The notes: generated by a model from the letters alone, not told the origin. A DNA stretch of 38,085 bases from Parvularia atlantis (GCA_943704415.1 CALSCO010001750.1:1-38085); one strand, 5' to 3'; shown: positions 9,129 through 21,233, numbered from the stretch's first letter. A program made the numbers and translations.

Positions 9129-10706
9129 ATGCGCGACAACGCGGCCCTGCACGACTGGGAGGCGGCCGCTCGGGCGTCACAGTCACGGCGGTGTCGGCGC
9201 GCGCACGTATTCGCTGGTGTTTTCGTCCTGGCCATGCTCGGGGCCGTGCTGTTTGTGACGAGCGTGCGGCCGTGCGTCGGCTGCGGCGTGACGCTGCACC
9301 TGACCCAGGTCGTCGTCGACGCGAGCGTAGCGGCGGGCGTCTCGAACGCCGACGCGGCACAGCCATTGGAGCTACTTCCACCGCCGACAGCGCCGCCGCC
9401 GACCGGCGCGGATGCCGAGCCGTCACCGCATGTCGCCCAGACTTCAGCAGCGCCGACAGTGCCCTTCACGCCCGTCGCAATGCCGACTTCGACTGTGGCA
9501 ATGAGGCCTGCCGCGCGGACCCGCATCCCGGACTCGTCCGGGCGGTGGATAGGCGTCGACGGTCACGGTGACGCGTTCAACGAGACGTGGGTGCCGGTCA
9601 TCGACCGTTATCTGAGCGCGTGCGCCAGTGCGGGCGTGCAGCTCATCCACCCCTGCCCGCGGCACGTGGTCGACCGCCAGATGCACTGGCACTGGGACGG
9701 ACTCGGCTCGCTCGTAGCGGCCGGCGTGACGGCGCAGGACGTGGTCGAGCAGTGCATGGACTCGCACACGATCGCGTTCGTGGGCGACTCAGTCACGAAG
9801 CAGACCGTGCAGGCGCTCGTGTGTATGCTCGCGGCTCAGCCAGGGCTGACGGTGCGGCCAACGACGAACGGGACTGTGCTGCTCAAGAGCTGGACCGTGA
9901 CGACCTCGATGGGCGGCGTGCTGACGGTACACAACGCGTACCCACACCTGACCAACACGCTCTTGCTGCAGCAGACGGTGCTCAACATGACCAAGAACGA
10001 CGCCGGCTACCTTGTCGAGCTCGACTTTACCCGCCTCAGCGACTCGTTCGAGCACCTGCTGCAGCTGGAGCACCTCGACTTTCTCAGCATCAACATGGGC
10101 GCGTGGCTGGCCGGCAACCGCGTCTTTGACACCACCCTCCCGCCGGCGCAACGGCCGCCGTACCTCACGCCGGCGTACCGTGACGAGCTGCACCGGCGCG
10201 TTCTCAACACGACCGCGGCGCTCCTCCAACAGCGCTTTGCCGAGCGCGCGCGGCGCGGCTGGACCAACCCGCTCCTAATCTACCGCAACAACGCGTTCAG
10301 CCACTTCCCCGCGGCCGACACAGCTGAGACCGCCGGCAACGCAACCATGACGGGCTTCCGCCGGCCGTGCGACTGGACCACGCCTGACCCAAACTTCCGC
10401 GCAGACCAGTACCTGGCCATGCCCACGATGCAGCGTTGGTCCGAGGACGCGCACCGTGTGCTTACCGACGCCGGGCTCGACTTTGTGCTGCTGGACGCGG
10501 GCGCTATCTCGAGCGCGCGGCGCGACGCGCACGCGAGCGGCTCCAACGGCCCCACCAAGCCGATCGACTGCCTCCACTTCTGCCTGCCGGGCGTGCCGGA
10601 CGTGTGGAACGACGCGCTGCTGCGGCACATCTGGGACTTGGACGCGTGCCGCGCGCGCCGCCGAACAAAGCGAGCGAACGATCGCCACGTGGCCCCACTT
10701 GTGTGA
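9129..10706 (+). CDS. Trichome birefringence-like / PC-esterase (SGNH) O-acyltransferase, type II membrane protein, intronless
   Basis: N-terminal TM helix (VFAGVFVLAMLGAVLFV), Pro/Thr-rich stem, IAFVGDS motif and C-terminal DCLHFCLPGVPDVWN motif. Confidence 0.9.
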   Translation: MRDNAALHDWEAAARASQSRRCRRAHVFAGVFVLAMLGAVLFVTSVRPCVGCGVTLHLTQVVVDASVAAGVSNADAAQPLELLPPPTAPPPTGADAEPSPHVAQTSAAPTVPFTPVAMPTSTVAMRPAARTRIPDSSGRWIGVDGHGDAFNETWVPVIDRYLSACASAGVQLIHPCPRHVVDRQMHWHWDGLGSLVAAGVTAQDVVEQCMDSHTIAFVGDSVTKQTVQALVCMLAAQPGLTVRPTTNGTVLLKSWTVTTSMGGVLTVHNAYPHLTNTLLLQQTVLNMTKNDAGYLVELDFTRLSDSFEHLLQLEHLDFLSINMGAWLAGNRVFDTTLPPAQRPPYLTPAYRDELHRRVLNTTAALLQQRFAERARRGWTNPLLIYRNNAFSHFPAADTAETAGNATMTGFRRPCDWTTPDPNFRADQYLAMPTMQRWSEDAHRVLTDAGLDFVLLDAGAISSARRDAHASGSNGPTKPIDCLHFCLPGVPDVWNDALLRHIWDLDACRARRRTKRANDRHVAPLV

Positions 10707-10730
10707 CAGACGATCATCCGCACGTGACCG

Positions 10731-13700
10731 ATGCTCGTGCCGCTGGTTGACTTGGCCGCCTCTGCCGCCTCTGCCGCCTCTGCCGCTGCGGTGCGCGAGC
10801 TGCTCGTGTGCGGCCGCGTGTGCGTGTTGGTGCGGTCTGAGCAAGGCGCAGGAGACGTACATCAGCACGCGCATCGTGCGCCTGCCCGACGGCGCGATCG
10901 CACTGCCGGCCGGGGCCGCGGCGCACGACGGCCGCTTGTACGCGCGCGCGGGCGTGAGCGGCGTGGTGCAGGCCGCCAAGCTGCTCGATGCGGGCGCGGC
11001 CAAGGTCGTGCTCGAGGGCGCGACGACGCCGCGCGACGCCGTCGACAACCAGCAGCTGCCGTGGGACCGGCTCGTCGTCGCCGTCACCGTGCGCGACGGC
11101 GCGCCCGCCCTGCCCGCCGCCGCCACCCGCACCACACTCGCTCCGCCGGCCGTCGCGCCCGCGCACCTGGTCGACCTCATGACGACCGTCGCACCCGTTG
11201 CCGCCGCCGTGCTGCTCGAGTTTGCGCCCGACGCAGCCGTCGACGTCGCGCTCATCACCGCCGTCAAGCAGACCCTGCGCACGCATGCGCAGCTGCTCGT
11301 CGGCGGCGCGCACGCACTCGCCACCGCTACGTTGATCGCTGCAGTCGACAAGGCCGGCGCCGACACCGTGCTTGACGCCGCCGCGCTGGCCCGGCCCGAC
11401 GCGCCACTCGACCTCGCCGGCGCGCTCACGGCCGCGCTCGTCAGCGACCGCCCCGACGGCCTCTTCGCGACGCTCGTCGTGGACGAGCACGACGCGGCGC
11501 TGGGCCTGGTGTACTCGAGCGTCGCGTCCGTGCGCGAGGCGCTGCGGACGGGCCGCGGCGTGTACCAGTCGCGCCGCCACGGGCTGTGGCACAAGGGCGC
11601 GACGTCGGGCGCGACGCAGGACCTGCTGCGCATCGAGGCCGACTGCGACCGCGACGCGCTCAAGTTTGTCGTGCGGCAGCACGGCGCCGGTAAGAGCGAC
11701 TGCACTGAGAGAGACGTGTTGAGCGCGCGCGTTCTGACGGCGCATGCGCAGGCTTCTGCCACCTTGAGACGCGCACCTGCTTCGGCGACGCGCGCGGCCT
11801 GGCAGCGCTCGAGCACACGCTGCGTGAGCGCAAGGCACGTGCGTGCGAGCACGCGGCTCGTGCGGCTGACGGCGCGGTCACAGATCTCGGCGCCTGAGGG
11901 CTCGTACACCAAGCGGCTGTTTGACGATGCGGCGCTGCTGCGCGCCAAGATCATCGAGGAGGCGCACGAGCTGTGCGACGCCAAGATGCCTGCCGAGGTG
12001 CGCGCGTGGGGCGGGCAGCCGCAATGCGCAGAGCGCTGACGTCACCGGCGGCACAGGTTGCGGCCGAAGCGGCCGACGTGTTGTACTTTGTCCTGACCAA
12101 GTGCGCGGCCGCGGGCGTGACGCTGGCCGACGTGGAGGTGCGCTGGCTCGCGCCTGTGCCCGACGAGCAGATACCGACGCGTGGCCGACGCCGCTTTGGG
12201 CAGAACGTGCTCGACCAGCGCGCTCTTAAGGTCACGCGGCGCCCGGGCAACGCCAAACAGCAGTACGTCAACGGTACTGCCAAGGCGCAGGATCAGGCGC
12301 CAGCCGCACAGCAGGCGCCCGCCGAGCCCGCGCGCATCCGCATGCCGCAGTATCACCGCAAGCAGCTCGACGCCGCGGCCGAGGCGCGCCTGCTCAAGCG
12401 CCCGATCGTGGAGTCGTCCGACATCATGGGCCGCGTGCGCCCGATCCAGGAGGTGCGCGGTCGAGCTTCGTGCGCCGTTTTTCCCGCTGATGTGTGCGAG
12501 CGTCAGGCCGTGCGCTCGCGCGGCGATGCGGCCCTGCTCGAGCTGACCGAGAAGTTTGACCGCGTCAAGTTAAGCTCGCCGGTGCAGGACATGCGCGACC
12601 CGGCCCGCAAGCCGGTGCAGCTCGATCCCGGTGCGCGGCCCCGCCGGCAGCGCACGCGCGAACAGCGGACCAATGCGCCGCGAAGAGGTCAAGACCGCGA
12701 TCGACTTGGCCATGGGCAACGTGCGCCGCTTCCACGAGGCGCAAGTGTCGGCGCCGCTTGCGCTCGAGACGATGCCGGGCGTGGTGTGCTCGCGCTTCAC
12801 GCGGCCGATCGAGCGCGTCGGCCTGTACGTGCCCGGTGGCACGGCGGTGCGTGGCATGGCGGTGCCCTCGTGTGGCGCTCAACGCAGCGCAGATCCTCCC
12901 GTCGACGGCGTACATGCTCGGCGTGCCGGCCAAGGTCGCTGGGTGCAAGGAGATCATCCTCGCGAGCCCGCCGGGCCCTGACGGCAACATCGCGCCCGAG
13001 GTCGAGTACATCGCGGAGCAGGTGCGGCGCGTGCTCTGCTTGTGTCGCGCGTGTGTGTGGGCTCACGCAGTACGGGCGCAGATCGGCGCGTCGCGCATCC
13101 TCAAGGCCGGCGGCGCGCAGGCCGTGTTTGCGATGGCGTACGGTACTGAGTCCGTGCCCAAGGTTGACAAAATCTGCGGCCCGGGCAACCAGTACGTGAC
13201 TGCTGCGAAGATGCTTGTGCAGGTGCGTGGGCGTGCGCTGCAGGCTGCGTGTGTGCTGACGCGCGCGGCGCATGGTGCAGAACGACAGCAACGCCATGGT
13301 CGCGATCGACATGCCAGCGGGCCCGTCGGAAGTGCTGGTGTGCCGTGTGCTGCGCGGGAGTGTGGCAACGCTGATCGTGCACGCCGCAGGTCATCGCGGA
13401 CGCGTCGGCCAACCCGGCGTACGTCGCGGCGGACCTGCTGTCGCAGGCCGAGCACGGCCCGGACAGCCAGGTCGTGCTGCTCACGGTGGGCCTGACGGAT
13501 ACGCAGGTGGCGGCGATCGAGGACGAGGTGCGCCCGCAAGAGTGCTTCTGGGCACATGCTGACGTGCGCTGGTTGGTGGTGGGGCCGGCCGCGCAGCTTG
13601 AGCGCCAGGGCGAGGTGCTGCCGCGCGCCAGCATCGTGCGGCAGTCGGTGCCCAAGTCGTTCACGCTGCGGTGCGTAGCTCGGCTCACGCGCTCGGTACT

Positions 13701-14207
13701 GACGCTGTGCGCGCAACACAGCTGCGACACGCTTGAGGAGGCCGTGGCGTTCTCGAACGCGTACGCGCCCGAGCACCTGATCGTCAACATTGCCGACCCT
13801 GACAGCGTCATTCCGCTCGTGACCAACGCGGGCTCGGTGTTCCTGGGCGCGTACTCGTCCGAGAGGTGCGCGCCGCCCCCTACTGTGCGCCGCGCGGCTG
13901 ACGCGGGTTGCGCGGCAGCTGCGGCGACTACGCGTCCGGCACGAATCACACGCTGCCGACGTACGGCTACGCGCGCATGTACTCTGGCGTGAACACGGCG
14001 ACGTTCCTCAAGCACATCACGTCGCAAAAGGTGCGCCCCGCACGGCCCAGGCAGTACCATGCTCACGCACGTGCGTGCTCGCAGGTGTCGCGCGAGGGCC
14101 TGCTCAACATCGGCGACGCCGTAGCCACACTCGCGCACCGCGAGGGCCTCGAAGCGCACCGCAACGCGGTCGTGATCCGCCTGCACGACCTGCGCCAGGG
14201 CGCGTAA
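10731..14207 (+). CDS. HIS4: Trifunctional histidine biosynthesis protein (PR-AMP cyclohydrolase / PR-ATP pyrophosphatase / histidinol dehydrogenase), multi-exon
   Basis: [37 protein letters not shown]...GFCH (HisI); [11 protein letters not shown]...KIIEEAHEL (HisE); [65 protein letters not shown] (HisD). First intron 10791-10851. Confidence 0.95.
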
Positions 14208-14253
14208 GGCGTGCTTCCTCTTGCTTTCTCTCTGTCAGTACCGTCGGCACACA

Positions 14254-14255
<2 letters not shown>

Positions 14256-14335
<80 letters not shown>

Positions 14336-14342
14336 ACACACA
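14256..14342. repeat. (CA)n microsatellite, about 40 units, between the convergent HIS4 and F-box genes
   Basis: Directly visible. Confidence 0.98.
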
Positions 14343-14346
14343 GAGG

Positions 14347-15378
14347 CTAGCGCGGGGTGTCGGGCGCGTCGGCGTCGGTCTCAGCAAAGTCGCGCGAGTG
14401 GCACAGCAGGCGCTCGAGCGGGCCGTGCAGCGGTGTGTGTGCGAGGCCATCGAGGAGCCATCCGGTACAGCGCACGAAGGTGATAACGGTGTAGTACAGC
14501 TGGTCGTAGGGCTGCATGCTGACGCGGCCGACGAGGACGACGGTGAGGGCGGTGGCGAGGACGGGGCGCGGAAGGACAAAGGTCTGGAGCGCGTGGTTCT
14601 GCTTGACGGGGAACTCGAACGCGTCCAACACGCGGCGCGTCTCGCCGGGGCGAAGCAGGTCGAGCGCAAACTCGAAACGGACGCGCTGCGGCGCGAACAG
14701 CGGCTTGACGGGCTGCCAGTAGGCGCGGTGCGGGGCGATGGCGACGCTGTTGACGACGCAGACGCCGGGGCCGAGGCCGTATGCGAGCGTCTCGGTCGAG
14801 GCCGGGTCGGCGCTGCCGGCCGAGGACCAGTACAGGTCGGCGCTGTGGCTGAGCGTCTGGCCGATGTGCTGGTCGGGGAAGTCGGTGGAGGACGCGTGGT
14901 CGGCGGTGGCTGCGGGACATCGGGCGACGTTGTGCGGTCAGCAGCAGCAGCAATTGACCAGACGCGACGGCGCACCGATCAGCTCGCGCCGCGCGACGCC
15001 GTCCAGCACGCGCCGGAACAGCAGCAGCAGCTTCCAGTCGCGCGGGTCGCCCGGGCGGTGCGCGCGCCACCGCCGCACGTGCGCCGCGTCCAGCCCGCGC
15101 AGCGCGTGCGCCTTCCACAGCGCGCCGTGCGCCACCGCCGCGCGCCACCGGCGGCACACGCCCTCGGCCGCCGCCAGGTCCGCCGCCGCCGGCAGCAGCC
15201 GCAGCACGCCCTCCAGCAGCTCCAGCGCGAGCGCGCACGTGGCGTCCACGTCTTGCGCCACGGCGCCCGCGGCGACGGCAATCTTGGCGGCGCGCACCGC
15301 CGTCGCCGTCGCCGTTGCCGCCGTGGTCGTCGTCGTCGTCGTCGTCGTCGTGTCCTCGACCGCGGGCGACGCCTCCAT
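14347..15378 (-). CDS. F-box protein resembling the plant At4g00755 family (F-box plus C-terminal beta-sandwich-like domain)
   Basis: F-box [28 protein letters not shown]. After an intron: [69 protein letters not shown], matching motifs I recall for that family. Confidence 0.75.
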
Positions 15379-15572
15379 CGTCGCGGTGCGCGGGGCGAGG
15401 GCAGAGAGGAAAATGCGTGGTCTTTGTCATGGTACCCAGTGCTGCCTCGCGGACAGTCGACACGCACGCGACGCATTGGACGCACACGGAGACAACCGAC
15501 AGACACAAGAGGAGAGGAGGGAGAGAGCGGGGGGCGGGGCCAGGGAATGCGGCCCGACACGCACGCGCGTGC

Positions 15573-16502
15573 TCACTTGTTGCTCTTGGCGTGCTTTGTG
15601 AGCCACTGCAGCGTGATGTCGATGTTGACCGCGTTCTTGGCCGAGATCGAGTAGCAGCACACCTCGCGGTTCGAGATGGCCTTGAGGTCCCTGCGTAACC
15701 GCCGCACGACGCGTGAGACGAAACGGCACCGCTAGCGCCCGCGCGCGCGCACATCTTCTCAATCACGCCCTCGACCGCAAGCGCGTTGGGCAGGTCGTTC
15801 TTGTTGCCGAGCACGAGGATCGGGATCGACGCGAGCTGCGGCTTCTCCAGTAGGTTCTTGAGCTCGGTCTTGGCCGCGTCGAGCTTCTCGTGGTCTGCCG
15901 AGTCGACGACGAAGCTGTGTGATTGCGATGCGTGACGGCGACGTGGACGCGCGTCAGCTGCCCCGGCGTGTCAACGCAAACGGCGCGCGCGCCACGCACA
16001 CGATCGCATTGACGCCTCTGCAGTAGCGCTCCCACATGGACCGGAACCGCGGCTGGCCGCCGATGTCCCACAGCTTCATCGTCACGTTGCCCTTGGTCAC
16101 CTGCACGCGCACCGCGCCGCGTCGCGTTCAGCGCCCTTGCGCCGTGCGCCGTGCGCCGTGCGCCCGCCGCGCCTTGCGCATGTTGAAGCCGACCGTGGGG
16201 ATCATGTCCTCTGTGTACTGGCCATTCTGCGCGGGCCGGCGGGGCGTCACGTCCGCGTCCAGCCGCCGACAGCGGCGACGACGATGCGCACCGCCAGCAC
16301 GTTGACGAGGGTCGTCTTGCCGCTGTTCTGCAGGCCGACGAGCGTCAACTCCATCTCCTCCTGCCGCGCGCCACCGCCGCCGTTCGCCGCCGTGCGCCGT
16401 GCGCGTGAGCGGCCGCGGCCGCCTCGCACGACACCGCGCGCGCCGCACCCGCCAGAAGAGGCTCCGGAACCAGTCCAGCAGCGACTTGAACAGGAAGGCC
16501 AT
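15573..16502 (-). CDS. ARL8: ADP-ribosylation factor-like GTPase 8
   Basis: [80 protein letters not shown]. Confidence 0.97.
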
Positions 16503-16705
16503 CGCCGCGTCCTTGCGTCAGGTGGCCCTGCCGTGGTCGTTCGCCCGCGTCAGCCGCCGCGACCGCACCGCCCGCCTCGTCCGCGTCGCACGGTGCCGTG
16601 CAGCACAGCCCCGCCAGCCCACCGCCACGGCAGCAGCGAACGGCAGCGGCGAACGCAGCAGCGAGAGAGCACAGAGAGCAGAGAGAGAGAGACGCCGCGT
16701 CGGCT

Positions 16706-16735
16706 GTTCGAGCAGCATCTAGAACGTTCCAAAAC
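16706..16735. promoter_or_regulatory. Heat-shock element-like array (alternating nGAAn/nTTCn) upstream of ARL8
   Basis: gTTCg agcAg caTCt aGAAc gTTCc aaAAc. Confidence 0.45.
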
Positions 16736-16736
16736 A

Positions 16737-19368
16737 CTATGAGCGTCTTGCTCGCGCCGCCTTCTCGTCCTCGTCGTCGATCTGCCCGGGCTCGCGTGCG
16801 TCGTCCGCGGCGGCGTCGTCGTGTGTGCGCTTGCGGCTGCTGCCGCCGCCGCCGCCGAGCTCGCGCTGATACTGCGCAAACAGCTCGACGCGCTGCTCCT
16901 CGCTCTCGATCGCGCTGAACGCGCTGCGCTCGACGATCGACGGCCGCACCTGCCGGGCCAGCGGCGTGAGCACGCAGTGGCGGCAGCGCTGCACACGCGC
17001 GCACCTCCTCCCACTTGCTCGCCGCCGTCACGTCGTGCTTGCGCAGGAGCGACAGGAACGCGTCGGCCTTTTTCTGCCGCTTCTTGTCGTCGTGCTTGGC
17101 CTGGTCCTCCTCGCGCCGCACGGCCTTCTGCAGCAGCTGCACGGCCGTCCGTGAGCCGTGCGCCTTCTGTGACCATGGTGCGCACACACGCACCTCCTCA
17201 AAGATGATGCCCTTGTTCACGTCGGTGATCGACGCCGTCCGCCCCTCGCCGTTGACCTGCGCCGCGGCGTCAGCTGCGGTTCCGGCGTGCGTGTCGCGAC
17301 GCACCGTCTGCAGGAAGACGGCCTTGGGCGTGTGCGGCGTCATCGTCACGTCGTGCACTTTAAGCAGCTCCTTGATCGCCTTCTTGTCGCGCGACAGCAG
17401 CTCCTCCAGCTGCGGCCGACCGCGCGATTTAGCAGTCGAGCACGCGCGCAATACGGCTGCACCTCCTCGATCTTGTCATAAAACAGGTCGAGCGGCGACG
17501 ACCTGCGCGGCGCGCACGTCAGCGGTGATACGCGCGACAGCACAGCAGCGCCGCACCCGGCTTGCCCAATCATCGTCACGAGCCGCGCGTCGTCGCGGAT
17601 CAGCGGCACAATGTCGGCCCAGCTCGTGCGCGCGTGCAGCTTGCCGCGCTGCTGCAGCTCGGCGAGCGTAGCTGAGGGCGCACGGTCAGCGCTGCCGGCG
17701 CGAGGCAACGCGCGATGGGGCAAGGGAGGCGTCTCCGACCAGTACAATCCCCCGGCGCCCCATGGCGCACAGAGCGCGAGGCCGACGGTATCCAGGGTCG
17801 TTCAGCGTGAGGGCAGTATGCACGAAACGCACCCTTGAACGCATCGCGGTTCTGGCGCTCCTTGCGCTTGCGCTGGCTGTCGGCGGCCTCGCGCTGCTGT
17901 TCAAACTGGCGTGGCGGCGCGTGAGCACGGTCGCACCGCACCACGGCAGCGTGGGCCACGCACGTTGCGCTCCAGGCCCTTCAAGTGGTCTTCGAACGCC
18001 GTCAGAAGCTCCAGCAGCGGCAGCGAGCTCATGTCGATGTCGTCTTGGAACGCCTGCCGCATGAGGAAGAGCTCCTGTGCCTGCTCCCACGTCGTCTCGT
18101 GCGTGATCTCGGTCATCTACGTCGCGCGCGTCAAGCTCGGCGCACACGCGACCAGCACCCGCGCCCCGCACCGACTCGAGCAGCCGCGTGAACTTGGCCA
18201 CGCCCTCGCCGCGCCGGCGCTTGAGCTCCTCGCGCTCGCGCTTGCGCAGCATCTCGATGTAGTCCTGCCGTTCGAGTCTTTAGCGGCGCAACGGCGCACG
18301 CAAACGGCGCGCGCGCACATCAAACGCGCTCTCGCGGTCACGGTCGCTCTCAAACAGCTGCCACGTCGGCCGCGCCACGAGCGCCTCGCGCACTTCGCGG
18401 AAGCGCGTGTTGACGTTGACGTTGAGCTCGGCCAGCAGTCGCTCAAACTCCTCGCGCGTCTGCGCGGCTCTGATGCGCTTCTCCTCCTGCGCAGCGCACA
18501 CGCGCACGCGCGTGGTCAGCGTAAGCGGCGTGCCTCACAGCAACGCGCCCCCACCTTCTCCTCGCGCTTGCGGTCCTCGATGTAGTCCTTGAACACGCTC
18601 TTGCGCTCGCCGATCGTCTTGAGCACGGTGTAGGCCGGGTGGTTGATGATGTGCCGCATGGCCTGCTCCCACGGCCAGTTGGTCTGCACGCCCTGTGTGC
18701 CGCACAGGTCAGCCACGCCGGCGACCGCATCGCCCGCCGCGCACTCGCTCGCGCAGCAGCTGCTTGAACGCGTCCACCGCGTCCTCGTGGTTGTCAAACT
18801 GCGCCGGCAGGTTGTTGAGGTCGAAGCGGAAGACGGCGGCAGCGAGCGGCACGGCGCTCGTCGCGCTCGACGGCTGCCGCAGCGCGGTCGCGGGCGATGA
18901 CGCGGCCGGGAGCGACACGGTGGCGGGCGAGGCGGGCGCGGGCGTGCCGGTCGGCGTGGGCTCGCTGCACGGTGCCGGCGGCGGCATGAGCGCGCAACGT
19001 ACGCGGCGCGGCGGCACGCGCCTGCGCTTGAAGTCGGGCGGCATATCCCACGTCGTCTGCTTCGTGTCGGGGTTGTAGTAGTACTTGCGCCCGTTCTCGG
19101 CCGTGTACTCCTTCCAGGGCGACGCGCTCTTGGCGCGCTGAAGCACGCATCGCGCACCGCTCAGACACCGCAAGCAGCGCAGCGCATGCGTCGCACCTCC
19201 TCGGGCGTCTTGAGGTCCTCGGGCTTGTCCCATGTCGACTGCTTCGTGAGCCGGTTGTAGTAGTACACCTTGCCGTCGGCCTGCCGGTGCTCACTCCAGG
19301 GCGACTGCGCGTGCGGCACGTCAGTGGCGAGCAGGGCCAGGGCCGGGCGGACGCACCGCGCTCTCCAT
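16737..19368 (-). CDS. PRP40: Pre-mRNA-processing factor 40 (2 WW domains + FF repeats), multi-exon
   Basis: WW1 WSEHRQADGKVYYYNRLTKQSTWDKP, WW2 WKEYTAENGRKYYYNPDTKQTTWDMP, FF repeats (WEQAMRHIINHPAY...ERKSVFKDY), RKRKERQNRDAFK, SSPLDLFYDKIEE. Confidence 0.95.
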
Positions 19369-19370
19369 CG

Positions 19371-19400
19371 CGAGGTCGCCCGAGGTCGCCCGAGGTCGCA
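19371..19400. repeat. 10-bp tandem repeat (CGAGGTCGCC)x3 immediately 5' of the PRP40 ATG
   Basis: cgaggtcgcc cgaggtcgcc cgaggtcgca. Confidence 0.85.
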
Positions 19401-19615
19401 CACGAGGACGTCAGCCACACCGGGCGGCGTCTGGCTGGCGCTACAATTCTGCGTTCCCGGCCCCGCGCTGCTCAACATGCCGCGCGGCCACGCTGTTCTC
19501 TTCCCGTTTGCGCCGCCATATCTGCGCGCGCGGAGCAGTGATATCCATGGCCGCGAAGAGGCCACACTGCACATCGCGTGGCTGGATCGCGAATATTGCA
19601 CTCACAGCCAGCCAG

Positions 19616-21233
19616 ATGGCGCGCAACGAGGCAGGCGCGGGCCAGACGGGCAGCCCGCCGCCGCTGGGCGACGCGCTGCTGCCGCCGGCGTACGATGTCG
19701 AGGCCGCCAAGCATGTGCGTCGCGTGCCCTCCCGCCGCGCGCGCAGGCCTGCGTGAAGCTGACGGTAGGCGCGCACGTGGCACACCAGCGCTTCGACGCG
19801 CCGCCCGCGGCACCCGTCCCGCCGCCCGGCCCGGCCGCAGACAAGCGCTACTCGACGACGACGATTGCGCTCGTCGTGGCGTTCTACTGGGTCGTGTCGA
19901 TCTCGATCGTCTTCCTCAACAAGCTCATCTTCAGGTGGCGCCGCGTGCCGCACGTTCACCGCCCGCGCTCACGACACGCCGCACGCGCCACGCCCCACGC
20001 AGCGGGTCCGAGTACAAGTTCCCGTACCCGATCTTCGTCACGTGGTACCAGCTCGTCGTTGCGCTCGTGATGCTCGTCGTCTGCGGCGAGCTCGGCAAGC
20101 GGTGCGGCGGCAGCCGCGGCGTCCCGTCGCCGTCCTTGCTGAGCGCGCGCTGGGACGGGGGGCTAGGAGCGCGCTCTTCGCTGCCATCGCGCCGTACGAG
20201 TTCAAGCTCGACACGGCCGCCAAGATCCTCCCGCTCACGCTCATCTATGTCGGCATGCTCGCCAGCAACAACCTGTGCCTGCAGTACGTCGAGGTCACCT
20301 TCTACCAGGTGCGCGGCCGCGGACACAGGCGGCCGCGGCGGCCCTCGTCCCTCTCACACGCGTGCGCTAGGTCGCGCGCTCGCTCAGCATCATCTTCAAC
20401 ATCGTCTTCACCTACACCATCCTCGGCAAGTCGACGTCGGCCAACGCCATCGTGGCGTGCCTGATCATCTTCGCGGGCTTCATCATCGGCTCGTATGGTG
20501 CGTGCGGCGGCGCTGCGGGACGCGCCGCCGACGCGCGACGCCTGCTTGGCGTGCGCGCCGCTAGGCGAGGTCAACTTTTCGTGGCTGGGCATCGTCTTTG
20601 GCGTGACGTCGAGCGTGTTTGTGGCGCTGTACGGCATCTACGTCAAGAAGACGCTCGCCATCGTCGACAACAACGAGTGGTGCGTGGCGGCGAGGTACCG
20701 TCACGCGCGCGCGCGCACACTCACACTCGGCCGTAGGGTACTGTTGCACTACAACACAACGCTCGCGTGCATCCTGCTTGTGCCGATGGTGTACCTGTTT
20801 GGCGAGGTGCGGTCCACTGAGAGGTGCAGCACGTGCAGCGGGCGACTGAGCGCGTTGCGCGCCAGAACAAGCTGTTTTCGGACCCGGACGTGCTGCGCTT
20901 CCTCGACGACAGCTGGTTTTGGACGGTCATGACGATCACGGCCGCGGCGGGCTTCCTGATCAACATTGCCATTTTCCTGCAGATCAAGGTCACGACGGCG
21001 CTGACCAACACGATCTCGGGCACGGCCAAGGCGTGTGTGCAGACGCTGCTGGGCTGGATGATCTTCCAGAACGTGATCACGTCGCTGGTGCGCGGAGCGC
21101 GCGTGTGCGCTCTGGACCGCGCAGTGCGGCTGAGCATGCTCGCGCGCAGAACGGCTTTGGCATCGTATTGTCGCTCGTGGGCTCGGGCCTGTACTCGTGG
21201 GTGCGCTACCGCGAGATGGCTTCGGGCAAGTGA
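19616..21233 (+). CDS. SLC35C1: GDP-fucose transporter (SLC35C1-like nucleotide-sugar transporter), multi-exon
   Basis: VVAFYWVVSISIVFLNK, PIFVTWYQ, NNLCLQYVEVTFYQVARSL, LQIKVTTALTNTISGTAKACVQT, GSGLYSWVR. Confidence 0.93.

Noticed and set aside
10704..10733. Stop-codon readthrough fusion of TBL and HIS4
   Set aside because: It would need two consecutive TGA readthroughs and would join a luminal domain to a cytosolic enzyme.
14063..14483. (HT)n and (CV)n peptide ORFs
   Set aside because: These are translations of the CA microsatellite.
17672..17832. 161-nt PRP40 intron as a snoRNA host or microexon carrier
   Set aside because: No convincing C/D or H/ACA boxes, and the frame is restored without an extra exon.
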